Assembly: GCA_963845535.1 (NCBI GenBank)
Contig: CAWJSK010000016.1
Location: 70,422 to 134,421 of the forward strand
Reading direction: 5' to 3'
DNA: 64,000 nt
Source: an uncultured Spirochaetota bacterium
Lineage (GTDB): Bacteria > Spirochaetota > Spirochaetia > SZUA-6 > Fen-1364
Shown: positions 9,807 to 19,776 of the stretch, one piece after another
How the letters are laid out: every line of letters starts with the position of its first letter
How positions within the stretch are numbered: position 1 is the first letter of the stretch
The notes under the pieces: model-generated
The model's database searches: none
Seen by the model: the letters and a program-made list of their open reading frames with translations, nothing else
Told to the model about the DNA's origin: nothing
Made by a program: the position numbers and the translations under genes

Positions 9807-10910
9807 ATGGATACTGCCACCCTCGTGCGGGAGCTGGTGGAAGCTCGGGGCGCTTCAGGGTACGAGGCCGAGGTCCGCGAGGTAGTGAGGAAGCGCTTCA
9901 TGGAGCTCGCTCACGAGGTGCGGGTCGACGCCATGGGGAACCTCATTGCCCTGAGAAGGGGAGAGGGCGCCTCGGGAGACCGACCCTCCGTCATGCTCGC
10001 CGGGCACATGGACGAGATTGCGCTCATGGTGACCCGGATCGAAAAAGGCTTCCTCCAGGTCACCCAGATCGGCGGTTTCGACCCGAGGGTGCTCTTCGGC
10101 CAGGAAGTGGTGGTTCATGGCTCCCGTGAGCTGCCCGGCCTGGTGGTGAGCGTCCCCCCGCACTTCACGGATCCTTCGGAGCGGGAGAAGCCCGTCCCCC
10201 TTGAAAAGCTCTTCATCGACGTCGGGCTTCCTTGCGATGACGTGGAGGCGACGGTTCACGTTGGTGACGTGGTGACGATGCGCGGCCGCTTCATCCCTCT
10301 TACGGGCGGCTACGTGGCGGGCAAATCCATGGACGACCGTGCCGCCGTTGCGGCCATCGTGCTGTGCCTGGAAGAGCTGGCCCGGCGCAGGCACTCCTGG
10401 AACGTCTTTGCCGTGGCGACAGTCCAGGAAGAGGCCTCCATGGCGGGCGCCGTGACGGGCGCGTACGGCATCGACCCCACAATCGCAGTGGTTGTCGACG
10501 CAACCTTTGGAATGCAACCCGGCCTGTCGCCGAACGAGACAGTGAAAATGGACGGAGGTCCGAGCATCGCCATCGGGCCGAACTTCCACCCGGTCCTCAG
10601 CGAGAGGCTCGCCGCAGCGGCCTCCGCCCTGGAGATTCCCCACCAGACGGAGGTGATGGCAGGCCCCAGCGGCACGGATGCCTGGGCCATTCAGGTGAGC
10701 AGGTCAGGGGTGCCCTGCGGCCTCCTGGGCATCCCCGTGCGCTCCATGCACACGCCCGTGGAAACCGTCTGCCTGAGGGACATCGAGAGAACCGCGAAGC
10801 TCCTGGCGGAGTTCATCGCCCGGCTCACCCCGGGATTCGAAGACGCCCTGTCCTCGCGGGACGCGCTGTCCGCCGGCAACGGCCAGCCCGGCAAGCAGAA
10901 GGGGGCGTAA
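9807..10910 (+). CDS. M42 family metallo-aminopeptidase (copy 1)
   Basis: GHMDEI, MDDR, VQEE, GTDA, MHTP. Confidence 0.92.
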   Translation: MDTATLVRELVEARGASGYEAEVREVVRKRFMELAHEVRVDAMGNLIALRRGEGASGDRPSVMLAGHMDEIALMVTRIEKGFLQVTQIGGFDPRVLFGQEVVVHGSRELPGLVVSVPPHFTDPSEREKPVPLEKLFIDVGLPCDDVEATVHVGDVVTMRGRFIPLTGGYVAGKSMDDRAAVAAIVLCLEELARRRHSWNVFAVATVQEEASMAGAVTGAYGIDPTIAVVVDATFGMQPGLSPNETVKMDGGPSIAIGPNFHPVLSERLAAAASALEIPHQTEVMAGPSGTDAWAIQVSRSGVPCGLLGIPVRSMHTPVETVCLRDIERTAKLLAEFIARLTPGFEDALSSRDALSAGNGQPGKQKGA

Positions 10911-10911
10911 C

Positions 10912-11949
10912 GTGCTGCTCAGGAAGCTCTCCGAGGCTTTTGGCGTTTCCGGCCATGAGGAGGAGGTGCGCGCCCTCATCCTGGAGGAGATCCGGGACGT
11001 CGTGGACGAGTGCCGGGTGGATGCGATGGGGAACCTCATCGCCCGAAAGAAAGGGCGCGGCGCCTCCTCCGTGCGCGTGCTGGCCGCCGCGCACATGGAC
11101 GAGGTGGGGCTCATGGTCACCCAGATCGAGGACACCGGCCTCCTGCGCTTTGCCAAGGTGGGAGGCATCGATGACCGCGTCCTTCCCGCCCGCGCCGTGT
11201 TTGTAGGAGATGCGCGCGTGCCGGGAGTCATCGGGTCCAAGCCCGTTCACCTCACGGAAAAGGGGGAACGGGACAAGGTCATGGATTTCAAGCAGCTTGC
11301 CATCGACATTGGAGCCTCCAGCAAGGGGGAGGCGGAGAGACTTGTCCACCGCGGCGACTGCGCCGTGTTTGCAACGGATTTCCTCGAGCTGTCGTCAGCC
11401 AATTCGTGGAAGGCCGTGCGCGGCAAGGCGCTGGACGACAGGGTGGGATGCGCCCTGCTGGTGGAGCTTCTCAAGGAGAAGCTTCCCTTCGACTTCATTG
11501 CCGCATTCACCGTGCAGGAGGAGGTCGGGCTGCGCGGCGCGAGGGTGGCCGCCTACGCGGAAGACCCGGACGCCGCAGTGGTCCTGGAGTGCACGGCGGC
11601 CAACGAGGTTCCCAACCGACGGGACGTGAGCCCTTCAACGCGCCTCGGTGATGGCCCGGCCGTCACCGTCATGGACAACAGCTTCGTTGCTGATCCGCGG
11701 CTCGTGGAGCATTTTCTCTCCACGGCCGCGCGCAAGAGCATCCCGGTCCAGGTCAAGCAGCCGAACATCGGCGGAACGGATGCCGGGGCCATCCAGCGGG
11801 CCCGCCAGGGAGTCGCTGCAATCACCATCGCCGTGCCGGCTCGCTACATCCATTCCCCCGCGGCCATCATGAACGCCGCGGACTTCGATCACGCACGGGC
11901 CCTCGTGCGGGAGGCCATGCCGCGCCTGGGGGAAAGCTTGAAGAAATGA
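10912..11949 (+). CDS. M42 family metallo-aminopeptidase (copy 2)
   Basis: AHMDEV, KALDDR, VQEEVGLRG, GTDA, YIHSP. Confidence 0.92.
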   Translation: MLLRKLSEAFGVSGHEEEVRALILEEIRDVVDECRVDAMGNLIARKKGRGASSVRVLAAAHMDEVGLMVTQIEDTGLLRFAKVGGIDDRVLPARAVFVGDARVPGVIGSKPVHLTEKGERDKVMDFKQLAIDIGASSKGEAERLVHRGDCAVFATDFLELSSANSWKAVRGKALDDRVGCALLVELLKEKLPFDFIAAFTVQEEVGLRGARVAAYAEDPDAAVVLECTAANEVPNRRDVSPSTRLGDGPAVTVMDNSFVADPRLVEHFLSTAARKSIPVQVKQPNIGGTDAGAIQRARQGVAAITIAVPARYIHSPAAIMNAADFDHARALVREAMPRLGESLKK

Positions 11950-12992
11950 GGACGGACATGAAGGAGATCATCAGGAAGTTGACCGAGTGCTATGGTCCTT
12001 CCGGACGGGAAGCCGCGGTGCGTGAGCTCATCACGGCGGAGCTGAAGGCAGCGGGCGTCCTGGCGGGGAAGAGGGTGGAAACGCGCGTCGATGCCCTGGG
12101 GAACCTCCTCGTGCGCCGCGCGGGGAATGGCGGGGACACCCGCGTCATGCTTGCGGCGCACATGGATGAGATCGGCGTGGTGGTTACGCACGTGGACCAG
12201 AGAGGGTTCCTTCGCTTCGGCAGCGTGGGCGGGGTCCGCCCTCTTCCACTCCTGGGAGGGAGGGTGCGGTTCTCCGACGGGACCGTCGGGGTGATCGGCC
12301 TGGAAAAGTTGGAGGACGGCTCGAAGATTCCTCCTTTGGATAAGTTCTTCATCGATGTCGGGGCTCCGAGCAGAGAGGAGTGCCGCATCAAGGTGGGAGA
12401 CGTGGGTTGCTTCCTCCGCACCTGTGAGGAGATGGGTGAGCGCATCGTTGCCAAGGCCATGGACGACAGGGTGGGGTGCGCCGTTCTTATCGAGGTCATG
12501 CGGGAGCTGGAGACGTCCCCGCACGACATCTCCTTTGTCTTCACCGTGCAGGAGGAGGTCGGCCTGCGCGGAGCGGTCACCTCCGGATACGGAGCGGAGC
12601 CGGACCTGGCTTTGGCGGTGGACGTGACCTTCACGGGGGACACCCCCGAGTGCGCCCCCATGGCGGTGGAGCTGGGCGCGGGCCCCGCCATCAAGATCAA
12701 GGACGGAGGGATGCTCACGCACGTCGGCGTGAAGGAATGGCTCCTGGAAACCGCGCGCACGGCGGGCATCCCGTTCCAGCGCGAAGTGCTCGTGGGCGGT
12801 ACCACTGATGCGTCCGCAATCCAGACCACCCGCGCCGGCGTGCCCGCCGGCTGCGTCTCCATCCCGACCCGCTACGTGCACATGCCGTCGGAGATGGTGG
12901 ACTACCGCGACGTTCAGGGGGCGGTGAAGCTTCTGGTGGAAGCGCTCTCACGCCCCATCGACATCGGAGTGTCTCATGGCCGCCAACGGTGA
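11946..12992 (+). CDS. M42 family metallo-aminopeptidase (copy 3)
   Basis: AHMDEI, KAMDDR, VQEEVGLRG, VDVT, YVHMPSE. Confidence 0.92.
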   Translation: MRTDMKEIIRKLTECYGPSGREAAVRELITAELKAAGVLAGKRVETRVDALGNLLVRRAGNGGDTRVMLAAHMDEIGVVVTHVDQRGFLRFGSVGGVRPLPLLGGRVRFSDGTVGVIGLEKLEDGSKIPPLDKFFIDVGAPSREECRIKVGDVGCFLRTCEEMGERIVAKAMDDRVGCAVLIEVMRELETSPHDISFVFTVQEEVGLRGAVTSGYGAEPDLALAVDVTFTGDTPECAPMAVELGAGPAIKIKDGGMLTHVGVKEWLLETARTAGIPFQREVLVGGTTDASAIQTTRAGVPAGCVSIPTRYVHMPSEMVDYRDVQGAVKLLVEALSRPIDIGVSHGRQR

Positions 12993-14535
12993 GGCTCCCC
13001 CGCTGCGCATCCTCGACACCCGGATATTCGCGAGCATTGTCGAGGAAAGCCCCACGTCGGTCATCATCACGGACCTGCGTGGCAAGATCGAGTACGTGAA
13101 CCGCAAGTTCACAACCTTGACCGGCTACACGCGCGCGGAAGTCTTGGGGAAGAACCCGCGTCTTCTCAAGTCCGGCCGGCAGTCTCCTTCCATCTACGCG
13201 GAGCTGTGGCGCACCATCGTGGCCGGCGGCGAATGGCGCGGGGAGCTGTGCAACAGGAAAAAGAACGGCGAGCTGTACTGGGAGCTGGCGGCAATCTCGG
13301 CCATCCGCGGGGATGACGGGACCATCGCCCATTTCATTGCGGTCAAGGAGGACATCACGGACCGCAAGGGCATGGAGGAGCTTCTCCACCACGCCAAGGC
13401 GTCCGCGGAGGCCGCCAACCTCGCCAAGAGCCAGTTCCTCGCGAACATGAGCCATGAGCTGCGCACGCCGCTCAACTCCATCCTGGGGTTCAGCCAGCTC
13501 CTGGAGATGCAGGGAATGGAAAGGACGGGGGCTCTCACGGACAAGCAGCGGGAGTACCTGCGCTGGATCCGCGACGGAGGGGAGCATCTTCTGGACATGG
13601 TGAACGACGTCCTGGACCTCTCCAAGATCGAGGCGGGGAGGGTCGACCTGGAAAAGAGGCCGTTCGACACCGCCACGCTCATCCACAGGGTTCTCACAAC
13701 GGTGCGCTCCCTGGCGGCAAAGAAGCACCTGCACGTCGACACCGACTTCGATCCTGAGCTGGGCCTCCTGGACGCTGACGAGGTGAGGATCAAGCAGGTC
13801 CTCTACAACCTCCTCTCCAACGCCATCAAGTTCACCGAGCGTGAGCACAAGATCGGCGTGGAGGCTCGAGGACGCGGAGATGCGTGCGAGATCACCGTCT
13901 GGGACGAAGGGATCGGAATCGACCTGGCGGACCGCGAGCGCATCTTCGAGCCCTTCGAGCAGCTTCGCAAAGGGCACGAGGGCCACGGCACGGGTCTCGG
14001 GCTCACGATCGTCAAGAACCTGGTGGAGCTGCACGGCGGCGCGGTCACCGTGGAGAGCGACGTGGGCAAGGGCAGCAGGTTTACCGTGCGCCTGCCGGGA
14101 AGGCTCCCCGAGAAGAGGTCCGTTTCGCGGGACGCCGGCGCGACGGAAGCCGAAGAGCCGCGCGAGCAAATGCCCGACATGGCCGGACGGACCGTGCTCG
14201 TGGTGGACGACAGCCCGGCAAACAGCGCCCTGATGCAGCGGATCCTCTCCGCGCTGGGCTGCACCGTGCTTCTTGCGGGAAGCGGTGAAGAGGCGCTGGG
14301 GGTCGCCGGCCACTCCTCCTGCGACGCCGTGTTCATGGACATCCACCTGCCCGGCATGACGGGGACGGAGGCTATGCAGCGCATGAGGGAGGCCGGGGTC
14401 CGCGCGCCGGTGGTGGCCCTGACGGCGTACGCGATGAAAGGGGACCGCGAGCGCTTCCTGGCTGACGGCTTCGACGGGTACATCGCCAAACCCGTTCGGA
14501 TTTCAGAGATCGTTTCCTTCCTGGAAACGCTGTGA
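12976..14535 (+). CDS. Cytoplasmic PAS-containing hybrid histidine kinase
   Basis: PAS/PAC, MSHELRTPL H-box, NLLSNAIKF, GTGLGL, C-terminal receiver MDIHLPG. Confidence 0.93.
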   Translation: MAANGEAPPLRILDTRIFASIVEESPTSVIITDLRGKIEYVNRKFTTLTGYTRAEVLGKNPRLLKSGRQSPSIYAELWRTIVAGGEWRGELCNRKKNGELYWELAAISAIRGDDGTIAHFIAVKEDITDRKGMEELLHHAKASAEAANLAKSQFLANMSHELRTPLNSILGFSQLLEMQGMERTGALTDKQREYLRWIRDGGEHLLDMVNDVLDLSKIEAGRVDLEKRPFDTATLIHRVLTTVRSLAAKKHLHVDTDFDPELGLLDADEVRIKQVLYNLLSNAIKFTEREHKIGVEARGRGDACEITVWDEGIGIDLADRERIFEPFEQLRKGHEGHGTGLGLTIVKNLVELHGGAVTVESDVGKGSRFTVRLPGRLPEKRSVSRDAGATEAEEPREQMPDMAGRTVLVVDDSPANSALMQRILSALGCTVLLAGSGEEALGVAGHSSCDAVFMDIHLPGMTGTEAMQRMREAGVRAPVVALTAYAMKGDRERFLADGFDGYIAKPVRISEIVSFLETL

Positions 14536-14579
14536 TCTTCCACGGCGAGCTCGCGCGGCGGATCGGCGTGCCAGAGCGT

Positions 14580-15179
14580 ATGAGATTTCGCGCGGTCCTC
14601 TTTGACTTCGACGGCACGCTCACAAGGCCCGAGGCGCTGGATTTTGCCGAGCTTCGCCGTCTCCTGTCTTGTCCGACCGGCGAGCCCATCCTGGAGCACA
14701 TCGAGTCCCTGCCTGTCGAAAAGGACCGGGAGAAAGCGTGGAAAATCCTGGACGCCTTCGAGCTCGCCGCGGCCCGGGCCTCGGTTCCCAACAACGGCTC
14801 GGAGGAAATCATCAGTCTCTTGAAGCACGCGGGAATAGCCAGAGGAATACTGAGCAGGAACAGCCGCGCCTCGGTGCTCGAAGGCCTGAAGAGGTTTGCG
14901 GGCTTCGGTCCCGCGGACTTCGCGGCGCTTATTTCCCGAGAAAACTCGGGCCGGCCCAAACCCCACCCGGACGGCGTGGAGCGCGCCGCGAGTCTCTTCG
15001 CCCTTCCTGCTTCGAGCATTCTCCTGGTGGGTGATTTCGTCTTCGACATCATGGCGGGAAAGTCCGCGGGAGCGGGAACGGCTTTTCTCACGAACGGAAA
15101 ACCACTGCCGGAGATGGCGGTCAGCCCGGACTACGTCATTGCCAGCCTTACGGAGCTCACGGCGATACTCGGGCTGTGA
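14580..15179 (+). CDS. HAD family hydrolase
   Basis: FDFDGTL, KPHPD, VGDFVFD. Confidence 0.9.
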   Translation: MRFRAVLFDFDGTLTRPEALDFAELRRLLSCPTGEPILEHIESLPVEKDREKAWKILDAFELAAARASVPNNGSEEIISLLKHAGIARGILSRNSRASVLEGLKRFAGFGPADFAALISRENSGRPKPHPDGVERAASLFALPASSILLVGDFVFDIMAGKSAGAGTAFLTNGKPLPEMAVSPDYVIASLTELTAILGL

Positions 15180-15198
15180 GAGGCTTGTGTTTTTGAGG

Positions 15199-15245
15199 CT
15201 TGGGTCGTCAAAGCCTTGGGTCGTCAAAGCCTTGGGTCGTGAAGC
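15199..15245. repeat. Tandem repeat, 16-bp unit CTTGGGTCGTCAAAGC x3
   Basis: Exact copies at 15199 and 15215, variant at 15231; between convergent genes. Confidence 0.9.
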
Positions 15246-15270
15246 AGCGGGCTCTTAAGCGCTCGGACCG

Positions 15271-15687
15271 TCAGTCCCCGGACACGGTGACCACGAGTGT
15301 CCTTTTTCGGGGCCGCACATCGCACTCGAGAAGGAAGACCTGCTGCCACGTGCCAAGGGAGAGCTGGCCGGCTTCCACGGGCACGGTCACGGAGGGACCG
15401 AGCCACGTGGCCTGGAGGTGCGAGTGGCCGTTGCCGTCATGCCAGGCGCGCTCGTGGCCGTAGTCGCGACTGGGCGGCACGACCCTGTCCAGCATGGCGG
15501 GCAGGTCTCCCGCCAGACCGGGCTCGAGCTCGATGGTGCCGATGGCCGCCGTGCTCCCAATCACAAAAACGTGAGCCGTCCCTGTCTCAATGCCCGCGTC
15601 AGCCACCTTGCTCGCGATGTGCGGGGTGATGTCTTGCATGTCCCGATGCCCTGACGTCTGAACTTCGAACTTTCCCTGGTACGTCAC
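15271..15687 (-). CDS. yjbQ: YjbQ/UPF0047 family protein
   Basis: GSTA, NGHSHL, LGTWQQVF. Confidence 0.9.
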   Translation of the reverse strand: MTYQGKFEVQTSGHRDMQDITPHIASKVADAGIETGTAHVFVIGSTAAIGTIELEPGLAGDLPAMLDRVVPPSRDYGHERAWHDGNGHSHLQATWLGPSVTVPVEAGQLSLGTWQQVFLLECDVRPRKRTLVVTVSGD

Positions 15688-16451
15688 AACGGCCCTCCAT
15701 CCGGCGGGGCGCCGCCGCCCGACTTTCCCCCGATGAACGCGAGCATCCGCCGAAATCCCTTCCCCTCACGTCGGAAGGACCCCAGGGCCGGGGAGCAGCA
15801 TGTGCAGTCCGCAGTCACGAAGACGCGTTCGACGCCGGCTGACTCGATGAGCCTCGCGTTTGCCGCTTTGAGGTCCAGCCGGAAGTCCCCGCTCCCTCGC
15901 ACAACCGCGTGCTCCCCGAGCTCGGCGCGGAACCGCTCATATCTTTCCTGGGGAACCGTGTAACAGCACGGACCAATGCCTGGTCCGATTGCGGCCGTCA
16001 CGTCCGACGGCCTGGTCCCAAACGCCTCCGCCATGACGCGGAGCGCCTCCATGACGATCCCCGTCCCTTTCCACCCCGAGTGGACAAGCCCGAAAGCTCC
16101 GGTGCGCTCGTCAACGAGAAAGATCGGCAGGCAGTCAGCTACCGTGACCGTCAGCAGAACATCCCGGCGGGACGTGACCAGCCCGTCAGCTTCCGCAGCT
16201 TCCAGGGACTTCGGATCCTGGTCATCCACCAGGATCACGTTTTTCGAGTGCACCTGGTGGACGCTATAGACCCGATCGGACGGCGTCCCCAGGGAATCCA
16301 AAAACCGCGCGCGGTCCGGTATCTCTGACCGGCGAGCAAGCGCCATGTCTCCCGCTTTCGCAAGCGAGACGCCGGCCCAAAGTCCGGCGGGGACCGAAAG
16401 GCCGCACGACAAATCCTCGGGACCGTATGAGAGCCGGGAAGCGACGGTCAT
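15684..16451 (-). CDS. pgeF: PgeF/YfiH purine nucleoside phosphorylase-like protein
   Basis: QVHS, ADGL, TVADCLP, HSGWKG, GPGIGPCCY. Confidence 0.9.
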   Translation of the reverse strand: MTVASRLSYGPEDLSCGLSVPAGLWAGVSLAKAGDMALARRSEIPDRARFLDSLGTPSDRVYSVHQVHSKNVILVDDQDPKSLEAAEADGLVTSRRDVLLTVTVADCLPIFLVDERTGAFGLVHSGWKGTGIVMEALRVMAEAFGTRPSDVTAAIGPGIGPCCYTVPQERYERFRAELGEHAVVRGSGDFRLDLKAANARLIESAGVERVFVTADCTCCSPALGSFRREGKGFRRMLAFIGGKSGGGAPPDGGPL

Positions 16452-16532
16452 CTCACGTTACGTGCCACGAAGCCCAGGATTGTCCTCTTCATGATGACCT
16501 CGCTTCCGAGCCCATTCTATCATTACCAGCAG

Positions 16533-17132
16533 TCACAGCAGCAAAGATTCGCTCAGTCGCTGGAAGGCGTCTGGAGTCAGATCGACGTTGGATGGAAGAA
16601 GGTCTTCGATGAGCAGGCCTGCCCACCCGTGGACCTCGGCCCAGAGGGAAAGCACAAGTGAGTTGGCTTCCTGCGCCGCGCGCCATCCGCACGCACGCGC
16701 CTGCTCAACCGCCCGCACCAGGCAGGCGAGCGCCCGCTCGCTGTTGATCCGGCATTTTTCAGAATGCAGGCTGAATCCGAGCCGGGAGAACATCAGCCTG
16801 TAGAGAGCAGGACGAGAGCGCGCGAAGCCGATGTAGGCGCGATACAGGGCTCGAATCCCGTCCGTTGGCGCATCGACGCGGCTTTCCCTTGCCCCGGCCA
16901 GGGCGGCCTCGAGCTCATCCGCAAGGGCGCCGAAGCCTTCCGCGGCAAGGGTCATGAGCAGCTCCCCCTTGTTTGAGAAATGCCTGTACGGGGCCGTCTT
17001 GGAGACGCCGGCGCTTGCGGCCAATCCGCGCAAGCTCAGGCTTTCCAACCCTTCTTTTTCCAGCACGCGGAAAGCCTCATCAAGGATGGCCTGCCGAAGC
17101 GCTCCGTGATGGTAGCGTCGTTTTGCCTTCAC
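16533..17132 (-). CDS. TetR/AcrR family regulator
   Basis: YHHGALR, LSLRGLA..AGVSKTAPYRHF, C-terminal WAEVHG. Confidence 0.92.
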   Translation of the reverse strand: MKAKRRYHHGALRQAILDEAFRVLEKEGLESLSLRGLAASAGVSKTAPYRHFSNKGELLMTLAAEGFGALADELEAALAGARESRVDAPTDGIRALYRAYIGFARSRPALYRLMFSRLGFSLHSEKCRINSERALACLVRAVEQARACGWRAAQEANSLVLSLWAEVHGWAGLLIEDLLPSNVDLTPDAFQRLSESLLL

Positions 17133-17160
17133 TTCGAGTGAACATACCTCTGCCTGAGAA

Positions 17161-17241
17161 AGTGGTCAATGCCAACAATTTATGTTGACGATGCCTACAT
17201 TCATGGGTATTTTACGAATAGAATATTGGCACCGCCAACAT
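17161..17241. promoter_or_regulatory. Three putative TetR operators (TGTTGGC-N3-GCCAACA-like) over a sigma-70 promoter
   Basis: AGTGGTC-aat-GCCAACA 17161, TGTTGAC-gat-GCCTACA 17183, TATTGGC-acc-GCCAACA 17224; TTGACG-17-TATTTT. Confidence 0.65.
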
Positions 17242-17253
17242 AGGAGGATTGAC

Positions 17254-18285
17254 ATGACGGGAATACGCCAGCATGGTGGCAGCAGCGCAGAGACGGGCCT
17301 TCACGTGATATTCGGAACGGGACCCGTGGGATGCTCCGCCGCCGGGTTGCTGCTCGAGAAAGGGAAGCGCGTCCGAATGGTAAACCGAGGCGGCAGACGT
17401 CCGACGGGCGCCTTTCTTGACCTCGCGCCGGATCTCGAGGCCAGGCTCGAGTTTGCATCCGCGGACGCCACGGAAGAGCCTTCGGTACGCGCCGCTGCGG
17501 CTGAAGCGACGCACGTCTACTACTGCGCCAACGTTCTCTATCAGGACTGGGAGAAAATCCTGCCTGTCATCCACGCCAACATCCTTCGCGCGGCAACCGA
17601 AAACGGCGCTGTCCTTGCCGCGGCTGAGAACCTCTACATGTATGCGCGCGGCGTCCCCGTCATCGATGAGAAGACCCCTGTGGACCCGCCGTCACACAAA
17701 GGCAGGCTGATCCAGCGCCTTCACGAAAACCTGGCGGACGCGGGCGCGCGCGGAGCCCTGCGATGGACGGCGGCGCGCGCCTCGGACTTTTACGGCCCCG
17801 TGGCAACCGGGCAGAGCCTTTTCGGAACTGAAAGGTTCCTGGACCCTTTGTTTGCCGGAAAGCGGCCCCTGCTCTGGGGCAACCTCGACCTGCCCCATAC
17901 CTTCACGTACGTCGAGGACTACGGTCGTGCCCTGGCCACAGCCGCACTCTCTCCCGAAGCGCACGGAAAAACCTGGGTCGTCCCCAACGACCGCACCGTG
18001 ACCACCCGGGAGCTGGCGCGCCTCTTCTTCGCCGCTGCCGGCTTCACGAACGGCAGCACCCCGAAGATCCGGTGGATGCCGCGCGCCGGCTTCGCCCTTG
18101 CGGGGGTTTTCAGTCCCCTGATGCGCGAGATGCTGGAGGTCCTCTACCAGAAGGAAGAGCCGTATGTCGTTGACGGAAGCAGGTTTAGAGACACTTTCCA
18201 CTTCGAGCCAACGTCACTGGAGGAAGGGGTGCGGCGCACGCTCGCATGGTATCGCAAGACCCGTAAATCCGAGTCGGCGGTCTGA
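17254..18285 (+). CDS. NAD-dependent epimerase/dehydratase family (atypical SDR)
   Basis: VIFGTGPVG, NLYMY, RASDFYGP; AGGAGG RBS. Confidence 0.88.
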   Translation: MTGIRQHGGSSAETGLHVIFGTGPVGCSAAGLLLEKGKRVRMVNRGGRRPTGAFLDLAPDLEARLEFASADATEEPSVRAAAAEATHVYYCANVLYQDWEKILPVIHANILRAATENGAVLAAAENLYMYARGVPVIDEKTPVDPPSHKGRLIQRLHENLADAGARGALRWTAARASDFYGPVATGQSLFGTERFLDPLFAGKRPLLWGNLDLPHTFTYVEDYGRALATAALSPEAHGKTWVVPNDRTVTTRELARLFFAAAGFTNGSTPKIRWMPRAGFALAGVFSPLMREMLEVLYQKEEPYVVDGSRFRDTFHFEPTSLEEGVRRTLAWYRKTRKSESAV

Positions 18286-19776
18286 CTAAGTCTGCAGAAG
18301 GGGAAGGCTCACGGTGAACACGCTGCCTTGCCCGAGCGCGGACTCCACGGTCACGGTTCCCTGGTGCAGCTCGGTAAGGCGCTTCACAAGGCTCAACCCG
18401 AGGCCTGTACCGGGGATGCTGGCCGTGAGCTCGTTCCTTGCCCGGTAGAACTCCTCGAACACCTTCTCCCTGTCAGCGGCGGACATGCCAATTCCGTCAT
18501 CTTTCACGCTCACCGTGGCATAGATTCCGGATCTGCCGACGCGCGCCTCAACGTGACCTTCATCTCGGCCGTACTTGATTGCGTTCTCCACAAGGTTGGA
18601 GAACACGATGGAAAGGGCCTCTTTGTCCGCAAGCACGTTCTCAGCCTGATCCGCCTCGCCGTCACCCGCGCAGACAGACAGCGTGATCCGCTTCTCGGCG
18701 GCGCGCTCCGCGTAGGCGGCAGCCACCTCCTTGAGGACCACCGCAACGTCCACGGGCAGGCGTTTCAACGTGAAGTTCCCGGTCTGGATGGCGGTCAGGT
18801 TGAGAAGCTCGTTCACCATGCCGCGCAACGTCCGCACGCGAAGGAGGGACCGCTGGATCATGTGGCGCTCTTCCTCGGGGTTCTTCACGAGCATTCCGCT
18901 CAGGATGAGATTGAGCCAGCCCTCGGTAGCTGCCAGTGGGCTTTTCACCTCGTGGGCCACCATGGAGACGAACATGGACTTCGCGGTCTCCAGCTTCTTC
19001 AGCGTCGTGATGTCGCTGAACACGGCCACGGCGCCCGACGTCTGCCCGCCCGGCTCGATCACCGGGCTTGCGTTCACCATGTACGTCTCTTTGCCCAGCG
19101 CGATCTCCCGGGAAAGAATCATGGGCCCGCCCGTGGAGTCGATGATGAGCTCAAGGATTTCCTGGACGTCCGCGTTCTGAAGCTCCGCAAGCGGAAACGG
19201 GATTTCCTTCTGCGCGCACCCGGGAAGAATGCGGGCGGCAGCAGCGTTGCGCAGCACGACCAGCTTCTCCGTGTTGATCACGAGGATCCCGTCGGTCATG
19301 CAGCTGATGATCGTGGTGCTTTTCGAGCGCTCTGATGCCAGCTCCAGGAGGCGCCGTTCCCTTTCCGCAAGGAGATGTTTGGCGCTCAGCGTCAGCGCCC
19401 TTTTCTCCAGCCCATTCTTGATGGACAGGAGCAGCTCATCCGCGGTGAACGGTTTGGGGATAAAGCTGTAGGCGCCCTGCCGCGTCCCCTCCACCGCCGT
19501 GTCAATGGTGGCGTGCGCGGTGATGATGATGCAGACCATGTCCTCGTCGCGCACACGGACCTCGCGCATCAGCTCCAGGCCCGACATGCGCGGCATCTGC
19601 AGATCCACCAGGAGGACGCTGAACGGCCCCCGCTCGAGGAACTGTTCGAGTCCCGCCTTGCCGTCACCGGCCGTGATGACGTCGTATCCTTCGGAGGAGA
19701 GGATCTTCCTGCAGCCTTCGCGCACCCCCAGCTCATCATCCACAACGAGAATGCGCTCGGGGGCCTGCGCGCTCAC
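18286..19776 (-). CDS. REC-PAS-histidine kinase
   Basis: N-terminal receiver (VVDDE, VDLQMP, KPF), PAS, VAHEVKSPL, NLVENAIKY, GTGLGL. Confidence 0.92.
   Translation of the reverse strand: MSAQAPERILVVDDELGVREGCRKILSSEGYDVITAGDGKAGLEQFLERGPFSVLLVDLQMPRMSGLELMREVRVRDEDMVCIIITAHATIDTAVEGTRQGAYSFIPKPFTADELLLSIKNGLEKRALTLSAKHLLAERERRLLELASERSKSTTIISCMTDGILVINTEKLVVLRNAAAARILPGCAQKEIPFPLAELQNADVQEILELIIDSTGGPMILSREIALGKETYMVNASPVIEPGGQTSGAVAVFSDITTLKKLETAKSMFVSMVAHEVKSPLAATEGWLNLILSGMLVKNPEEERHMIQRSLLRVRTLRGMVNELLNLTAIQTGNFTLKRLPVDVAVVLKEVAAAYAERAAEKRITLSVCAGDGEADQAENVLADKEALSIVFSNLVENAIKYGRDEGHVEARVGRSGIYATVSVKDDGIGMSAADREKVFEEFYRARNELTASIPGTGLGLSLVKRLTELHQGTVTVESALGQGSVFTVSLPLLQT

Noticed and set aside
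9678..15245. Short repeat arrays at 9678 and 15199 as CRISPR arrays
   Set aside because: Units are 16-18 bp, head-to-tail without unique spacers, and no cas genes are present
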